From Myxococcota bacterium (lineage in GTDB: Bacteria > Myxococcota_A > UBA796 > SXON01), in the NCBI GenBank assembly GCA_040386535.1, contig JAZKFH010000008.1:69068-133067 (forward strand): a stretch of DNA of 64,000 nucleotides, in the 5' to 3' direction. The number at the start of each line of letters is the position of its first letter. Within the stretch, counting starts at the first letter, position 1. Shown piece by piece: positions 58,111 to 64,000 of the stretch. The translations under genes were made by a program, and so were the position numbers. The notes under the pieces were generated by a model, which saw only the letters and a list, made by a program, of their open reading frames with translations, ran no database searches and was not told the DNA's origin.

Positions 58111-59505
58111 TCACGGAACGGTGGACTGCCCGAGCGCGTCACTGCCCCAGCAGGTGATCGCCCCCGTGGTGTCGAGCGCGCAGGTGTGGAAGATGCCGGC
58201 GGACACGGACACGAAGCTGCCCGAGGGCGGGGTGGACTGGCCGTAGTCGTCGAACCCCCAACATTGGACGGCCCCGCCGCTCTCGACGCCGCACGTGTGG
58301 TCGGCGCCGGCCGACATGGAGACGAAGGTGCCGGCCGGCGGCGTGGACTGCCCGTAGTAGTCGGTGCCCCAGCACGTGATGGCGCCGCCCGCCGCGAGCC
58401 CGCAGCTATGGGAGCCACCCGCGTTCACGGAGAGGAAGGTCTCCGCGGGCGCGTCGGTCTGGCCGTGGCCGTTGTACCCCCAGCACACCACGGCGCCGTC
58501 CCCGTCGAGGGCGCAGGTGTGGCTGTTCCCGTTCAGCCCGCTGTCGAGGGCGGAGAAGGTGCCGGCGGGAGGGGTCGTCTGGGCGTCCAGATCGCTCCCC
58601 CAGCAGCTCACTGCGCCGCTCGTGTCGATGGCGCACGAGTGGCTGGAGCCGGTGCTCACGGCGACGAAGGAGCCGGCGGGGGCGGTGGTCTCCCCGTAGG
58701 AATTGTTCCCCCAGCACCGGAGCGCGCCGCCGTCCTCGATGCCGCAGGCATGGCCGTTCCCGGAGCTCACGGCGGTGAAGGTGGCATCGGAGGGAGGGTG
58801 GAGCTCCCGGTTCCGCTCGGTGTTCTGCCCCCAGCAGACCATCCACCCGTCGCTGTCGATCGCGCAGGTGTGGTAGCCGCCTGCGCTGAAGCTCCGCCAG
58901 CCGCAGCCGTCGATCGCGCCGTCCCCATCGCTGTCGTACGGGTGCAGCCCGGCGCGGGTGTCGTCGCAGTCCGTGCCGTCCGCGATGCTGCCGTCGGGGG
59001 CGGCGCACACGGCCTGGGCCTGGGCGGGATCGCCGTACCCGTCGGCGTCCCAATCGAAGTACCAGGTGGGCGGATCCTCGTCGATCGCGCCGTCGCAGTC
59101 GTTGTCGACGGCGTCGCACGCGTCGGTGGCGCCCGGGTAGACAGACGCGCTCGCGTCGTCACAGTCGGTCGCGTCCGCCACGGTGCCCGCGGGGGCGTCG
59201 CAGGCGGCTTGTGCCACGCCCGGATCGCCGTACCCGTCGGCGTCGGCGTCGGCGTACCAGGTGGGCGGGTCCTCGTCGGTCTCGCTGTCGCAGTCGTCGT
59301 CGACCCCGTTGCAGAGCTCCGTCGCGCCGGGGAACACGTCGGCGTCGGCGTCGTCGCAGTCGTCGGGCGCGGCGACACCGTCGCCGTCGAGGTCGTCCGT
59401 CGCGGTGTCGTCGACCGGGACGGACGTCTCCTCGCCAGACTTGTCGGCGCACGCGGCGACGAAGAGGCCGATGGCGACGACGAGCGAGAGAGGACGAAGC
59501 TGCAT
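58111..59505 (-). CDS. Lipoprotein with metal-binding repeats and RCC1/BLIP-II-like repeats
   Basis: LFVAAC lipobox; DCDD.D..VFPGA.E.C repeats; about seven S.G..H.C....G...CWG....GQ...P repeats. Confidence 0.88.
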   Translation of the reverse strand: MQLRPLSLVVAIGLFVAACADKSGEETSVPVDDTATDDLDGDGVAAPDDCDDADADVFPGATELCNGVDDDCDSETDEDPPTWYADADADGYGDPGVAQAACDAPAGTVADATDCDDASASVYPGATDACDAVDNDCDGAIDEDPPTWYFDWDADGYGDPAQAQAVCAAPDGSIADGTDCDDTRAGLHPYDSDGDGAIDGCGWRSFSAGGYHTCAIDSDGWMVCWGQNTERNRELHPPSDATFTAVSSGNGHACGIEDGGALRCWGNNSYGETTAPAGSFVAVSTGSSHSCAIDTSGAVSCWGSDLDAQTTPPAGTFSALDSGLNGNSHTCALDGDGAVVCWGYNGHGQTDAPAETFLSVNAGGSHSCGLAAGGAITCWGTDYYGQSTPPAGTFVSMSAGADHTCGVESGGAVQCWGFDDYGQSTPPSGSFVSVSAGIFHTCALDTTGAITCWGSDALGQSTVP

Positions 59506-59701
59506 GGGGGCGCCCAGGTGTGGAGCGCACCGTACTGGCGACCGACCGGCGCCGAACCTCACAGGCATCTCTCATGCTCGCCCGGTCGCGACCGCGCCCG
59601 GTCGGCTCCCCGCTCGCCACGCCTCCCCCGCCGCCGCACCGGCCCCGCGCCGCGCGGGGTCCGTGTGCCCTGGCCTTGCTCCGTCTGCTGCGGCGTCCGG
59701 A

Positions 59702-60826
59702 TCAGCCGATCCGTGGCACCAGCACGTCGAGGTCCTCGAGCGGCGCCGCCACGTACCGCTGGAGCGACCGGCTCACGATGCGCCCGGCGTGGTAGCCGCA
59801 CGCCTGGCGGAGCGCGTCCGAGCGCGCGAGCGCGGTGTCGACGCCGTGGGAGAGCTCGAACAAGTAGGGGAGCAGGCTGTTGCCGAGCGCGCGGGAGGCG
59901 GTGCGCGCGACCTCGCTCGGGAGGTTGGGGATGCAGATGTGCCGCACGCCCTCGACCTCGTAGGCGGGCGACTCCGGCGTGGTGGGGCGGCTGGTCTCGC
60001 TGCACCCGCCCTCGTCGATGCTCATGTCGATGAAGAGGCAGCCCTCCTTCATGAGCCTTACATGCTGGCGCCGGAGCACCTTGGGGGCGGGCTCGCCGCG
60101 CACGGCCACGGCGCCGATGACGACGTCGGCCTGCTCGAGGTAGCGCGACAGGTGGTACTCGCTGGCCGTGGCGGTCACGACCATGCGGCCGATGGCGCGC
60201 TCGAGGCGCTGGAGCCGGCGCGGATCGCGGTCGAGCACGACCACCTGGGCCCCGAGCGCCGCGGCTTCGGCGGCCGCCGCCTGCCCCGCCGTTCCGCCGC
60301 CGATGACGAGCACGAGGCAGGGCGGCACGCCGGAGGACCCGCCGAGCAGGAGGCCGGGGCCGTGGCCGGTCGAGGTGAGGTGGAACGCCGCGAGGGTGAC
60401 GGCCACGCGCCCGCCGAGCGCGGAGAGCGGCTCGAGGATCGGATACTCGTCGGGCTCCTCGCGCACCATCTCGCACGAGAGCGTCGTGGCCTTCTCGGCG
60501 ATGAGCTTCTGGTGGAGCGCCGCGGGGGCGCTGGCGAGGTGCAGGAACCCCACGATCGTGCCGCCCGCGCGCACGAGCTCGAGCTCCGTCGCGAGCGGGG
60601 CGTGCACCTTGAGGAGGATGTCGGCGCCCGCCGCGACCTCGCGCGAGCCGTAGACGACCTGGGCGCCGGCCGCGAGGTAGTCGGTGTCGTTGAAGCCGGA
60701 GCCGAGCCCCGCGCCGTTCTCGACGAGCACCCCGTGGCCCGCCGCCACCAACGCGCGTGCGCCCTCCGGCGTGAGCGGGACGCGCCGCTCCTGCGGCGTG
60801 GTCTCTCGGACGAGCCCGAATTCCAT
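59702..60826 (-). CDS. ald: Alanine dehydrogenase family protein
   Basis: ERRVPLTP, VENGAGLGSGF.D..Y, FLHLA, GLLLGG, VIGGGTAG and DMSIDEGGCSETSRPTT. Confidence 0.85.
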   Translation of the reverse strand: MEFGLVRETTPQERRVPLTPEGARALVAAGHGVLVENGAGLGSGFNDTDYLAAGAQVVYGSREVAAGADILLKVHAPLATELELVRAGGTIVGFLHLASAPAALHQKLIAEKATTLSCEMVREEPDEYPILEPLSALGGRVAVTLAAFHLTSTGHGPGLLLGGSSGVPPCLVLVIGGGTAGQAAAAEAAALGAQVVVLDRDPRRLQRLERAIGRMVVTATASEYHLSRYLEQADVVIGAVAVRGEPAPKVLRRQHVRLMKEGCLFIDMSIDEGGCSETSRPTTPESPAYEVEGVRHICIPNLPSEVARTASRALGNSLLPYLFELSHGVDTALARSDALRQACGYHAGRIVSRSLQRYVAAPLEDLDVLVPRIG

Positions 60827-60905
60827 GACACCCTCCAAGGGCGAAGAGTGCCACACTTCGGCTCCGCGCGGCGGCGGTCGAGGCGGGGCCGCCCCACGGA
60901 GCGGG

Positions 60906-61361
60906 TCAGGGCACGACGCGCCCGTCCTCGACGCGCCCTTCCTCGAAGCTGAGCGAGTAGCCGGGCCCGAGGCAGGCGGCGATCCGGTCGCCCGCGGGGA
61001 TGCCGAGGTAGATCTCGCAGCGCGTGCACGCGATGGGAAACACCAGCGCGCCGTCCTCGAGGAGGAACTGCGCGGTGGCGAGCGTGCCGTCCGGGAGCGC
61101 GGCGCCGACGCGCTTCACGGTGTCCAGCCCGGTGCCGCGCACCGTGACCTCCCGGATGCGCTCGTTCGCGTGGCGGACATGTACGGCCTCGATCTTGGGG
61201 CAGCGAGCCTCTACCGCGAAGGCCACCTCGGGCTCCAACGGCGTGTCCGGTTCGCCGCGAAAGCGGCCGCCGACCTGCCGCAACGTGTGGGTGGCGAACG
61301 TCACGTCCTGGGGGGGATCGAGGGGGTTGCAGCGACAGGCGAGGAGGAGGGCGAGGAGCAT
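60906..61361 (-). CDS. Hypothetical lipoprotein
   Basis: MLLALLLAC lipobox; Cys-containing exported domain. Confidence 0.6.
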   Translation of the reverse strand: MLLALLLACRCNPLDPPQDVTFATHTLRQVGGRFRGEPDTPLEPEVAFAVEARCPKIEAVHVRHANERIREVTVRGTGLDTVKRVGAALPDGTLATAQFLLEDGALVFPIACTRCEIYLGIPAGDRIAACLGPGYSLSFEEGRVEDGRVVP

Positions 61362-61392
61362 GGGGACCGCGTCGTGAATATAGTGGGGGCGT

Positions 61393-63156
61393 ATGTCCGG
61401 CACGCCCGAGCGCACCCGCTACTGTAGCCGTTGCCTGACGACCTTTCCGGCGGATGCGCCGAAGTGCCCGAACCTCGGGTGTCGCTGGGCACGGCCGGCC
61501 ACCGGCTGGGGCGAGCTGCTCGAGGCGGACGAGGTGATCGACCGCACCTACCGCATCCACGCGCGGCTCGCGATCGGCGGGGCCGGCGTGACCTACCTCG
61601 GCGGTGAGCTCGGTCCCGACGGCACCGCCGAGGTGGGGCCGCGCGTCGCGATCAAGGTGCTCTACCAGCAGCGCGACCAGGGCTCCTACCTGCGGCGGCT
61701 CTCCACCGAGGCGCAGATCCTCCAGGGGATGAACCACCCCCAGATCGTCGAGTGCCGCGGGTTCGTGCACCGCTCCGGCCACTCGCCCTACCTGGTGACC
61801 CGCTACGAAGAGGGCGGGAGCCTGCTCGACCACATCCGGCGCGTCGGCACCTTGTCGATCCCGGTGGTGGCCGGCATCGGGAGGCAGGTGTGCTGGGCGC
61901 TCGACGTGGCGCATCACCAGGGCGTGGTGCACCGCGATCTGAAGCCCGAGAACGTGCTCCTCGTACGGGAGGTCGCGGCCGACCACATCCCCGAGATCCG
62001 CGTCGCCGACTTCGGCATCGCCAAGGTGTTCGGGGGCGTGGGCGACCGCCTGACCCGCGTGGGCGCCTTCGTCGGCACCCCCCAATACGCCGCCCCCGAG
62101 CAGTTCGACGGCCTCGCCCCCGAGCCCGCGACCGACGTGTACGCGGTCGGCGCCCTCCTCTACTTCTGCATCTCCGCGCGTCCGGTCGCGGACTTCATGG
62201 CCGAGCTCGACCCCGACTCGCAGAAGGACCACCTCGTCCGCCACCTCCCGCCCAAGCTCGAGCCCGAGCACGGCAGCCCCGAGCTGCGCCGCTGGATGGA
62301 GGAGACCTTGGCGGTCGCGATGGCGGTCGACCCCGGCGATCGGTGCGACGTCTCCCAGCTCGAGGCGCGCCTCGCCGCCATCCAGGACGGGCGCGACCCC
62401 GGCTTCGTCCGCCTGCCGCCCGCGGGCAGCATCGTGCCTGGATCGCGCACCATCCAGGCCTCCGGGCCGACCCACACCGCGGACACGCTCGACACCGCCT
62501 TCGTGAGCCCGCTGCTCACCGACGAGGGCGTGGTGCCCTCGCTCGTGTCGCCAACTCCGGTGCGAGGCCCGCCGCCGGTGCCGCCACGCGGGCCCCCGCC
62601 GGTGCCGCCGTTGGCGCCGTCGTCGGCTTCACTCGCGCCGTCGTCGTCGCTGGGCGTGCCGGCCGGGGTTGTGCCCCGCCCGACCCCCACCGCGCAACGC
62701 ACCCCGACCTCCCACCGCACCCCCACCGCCACCCGCACGCCGGACACCCAGCGCGCGCCCGCCCGATCGTCGGCCGCGCCCATCGGCTGTGGCCTGCTCG
62801 CGGCCGGCGGCGTGGGCGTCACGCTGGTGCTGCTGGCGGTCCTCGCGTGGATCTACGTGCCCGCTTCGGCCCGCGTCCTGACCGGCACCGAGACGTCCGC
62901 GGACGACATCCGCGACTGGGCCCTGGTGGCGGGTACCCTCGGCGAGCGCGGCGTGGCCGCCGAGGTGGCGTGTGGCGCCCCCGGCTACCTCGCCATCCAG
63001 GTGGTGGTGGAGGGAGACGGCACCGTGCGCGGCGCCAGGCTCCTGAACTACCCGCACGAGCCGACGCGCGCGTGCATCGAGACCGAGCTGAAGAAGGCGA
63101 AGTTCCCGCGGCAGGGCAAGGACACGATCCAGGTGGCGGTGTCGCTCCAGAAGTAG
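61393..63156 (+). CDS. Ser/Thr protein kinase with N-terminal zinc ribbon, TM and C-terminal TonB-C/AgmX-like domain
   Basis: CSRC...CPNLGC; VAIKVL, HRDLKPEN, ADFGIAK, GTPQYAAPE; TM; VVVEGDGTVRGA...CIETELKKAKFP. Confidence 0.93.
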   Translation: MSGTPERTRYCSRCLTTFPADAPKCPNLGCRWARPATGWGELLEADEVIDRTYRIHARLAIGGAGVTYLGGELGPDGTAEVGPRVAIKVLYQQRDQGSYLRRLSTEAQILQGMNHPQIVECRGFVHRSGHSPYLVTRYEEGGSLLDHIRRVGTLSIPVVAGIGRQVCWALDVAHHQGVVHRDLKPENVLLVREVAADHIPEIRVADFGIAKVFGGVGDRLTRVGAFVGTPQYAAPEQFDGLAPEPATDVYAVGALLYFCISARPVADFMAELDPDSQKDHLVRHLPPKLEPEHGSPELRRWMEETLAVAMAVDPGDRCDVSQLEARLAAIQDGRDPGFVRLPPAGSIVPGSRTIQASGPTHTADTLDTAFVSPLLTDEGVVPSLVSPTPVRGPPPVPPRGPPPVPPLAPSSASLAPSSSLGVPAGVVPRPTPTAQRTPTSHRTPTATRTPDTQRAPARSSAAPIGCGLLAAGGVGVTLVLLAVLAWIYVPASARVLTGTETSADDIRDWALVAGTLGERGVAAEVACGAPGYLAIQVVVEGDGTVRGARLLNYPHEPTRACIETELKKAKFPRQGKDTIQVAVSLQK

Positions 63157-63199
63157 GGCAGACGGTCCGCGCGGACGCGGCCGCTGCGGCGGCGGGGTG

Positions 63200-63317
63200 G
63201 GCGGGGCGTCCGCAGCCACCCGGGGCCGAGGATCTCGCCGGTGATGCCCTGCGGGAGCGCGACGATCTGTTGATACAGCTCTTCGAACGTCGGCTGTGCT
63301 CGCGGGGCCTCACCCAT
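63200..63317 (-). pseudogene. Truncated Uma2-family endonuclease N-terminal fragment
   Basis: MGEAPRAQPTFEELYQQIVALPQGITGEILGPGWLRT resembles myxobacterial Uma2 N-termini. Similarity ends after about 38 aa and the frame runs into the kinase gene. Confidence 0.55.
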
Positions 63318-63390
63318 GCTCCGAGGGTAGCCGCGCGGCCGGGGCCGGTCAACGCGACGGCCCGCGCCTGATTTTACTCACAACCCCGAT

Positions 63391-64000
63391 CTACTCACAC
63401 CCCGCCGCGCCCACCCGCGCGGTCATCACCCAGGCCGCGGCGGTCTCGCCGACCTTGGCGGTCGCGGTGTCGAACGCCGCCCGCGAGGGGTACACCCCTG
63501 TGTAGAGGTCGAGCTGGTGGAGGTTGCCCGTGAACGCGCCGCCCGTGTCCGCGAGCACCACGAGGCGCAGGCCGTCGGCGGATTTGAGCGCGAGGAGACG
63601 GCCGAAGCCGAGCGCGTCGAGATCCCCGGCGACCGCCACGAACGGGCGCAGGTTCGGGCCGGGCACGGCCTCGGGGGCCCACCCGCGCACCGCGTCCATC
63701 GGGCGGAAGTACCAGTACCGGCGCTGTTGCCGCGTGTCTGTCACGCCGCGTTGGTAGGGGATGCCATTGTGACGGTGCACGTTGTAGAGCCGCGGCGCCG
63801 GTGTGTCGGGCAGGGTCACCGCGATGGTGCCCTGCATCAGGGCCTCCTCGTGGTGGGCGTGCGTGAGCCACACCAGCGGATCGGCGCGGCCCGCCGCGGC
63901 GCCCCCTTCGCGGTACACCCCACCGGACACGTCCTGGCGGGTGTAACGAAAGCGGTCGAGCGTGGCACGTTGGGTGTCGGCCTGTGTCACGGTGAGCCCC
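63391..64000 (-). CDS. MltA/3D-domain lytic transglycosylase-like protein; 5' end outside the window
   Basis: EEALMQGT, RYWYFR, VAVAGD....GFG and VVLADTGGAF...LDLYTG (3D motif). Confidence 0.75.
   Translation of the reverse strand, partial: GLTVTQADTQRATLDRFRYTRQDVSGGVYREGGAAAGRADPLVWLTHAHHEEALMQGTIAVTLPDTPAPRLYNVHRHNGIPYQRGVTDTRQQRRYWYFRPMDAVRGWAPEAVPGPNLRPFVAVAGDLDALGFGRLLALKSADGLRLVVLADTGGAFTGNLHQLDLYTGVYPSRAAFDTATAKVGETAAAWVMTARVGAAGCE

Overview
This is a high-GC (visually about 70%+) chromosomal window from a Myxococcota-type deltaproteobacterium. The assignment rests on an MglA-type GTPase, FHA/Tad genes, many Asp-rich 'putative metal-binding motif' lipoproteins and a eukaryote-like Ser/Thr kinase. 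I call about 65 CDS and see no rRNA, tRNA, CRISPR array or intact mobile element. Housekeeping blocks are rplU-rpmA-obgE...rsfS-rlmH, ribF-aroE, serA-serC, ETF-QO, lspA-lgt and ald. Four things stand out. (1) A minus-strand small-GTPase cluster at 42.4-46.6 kb encodes an MglA-like GTPase, a DUF4388/TPR protein, two Roadblock/MglB proteins, an HhH protein, an HU-like protein fused to a RomX-like domain, and a V4R protein. It sits behind an FNR-type box at class II spacing and is divergent from a Cys-bearing Crp/Fnr regulator. (2) A TadC-DUF192-3xFHA-HEAT cluster resembles the Kil predation machinery. (3) A partial arsenosugar-type cluster comprises an FAD oxidoreductase, a 4Fe-4S membrane protein, DUF547 and an ArsM-like methylase. 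(4) Smaller signals include a probable AUC start for rsfS, a sigma54-driven 53-aa protein and a sigma4/zinc anti-sigma/TM fusion. All family calls come from motif recognition by eye; no database searches were run.
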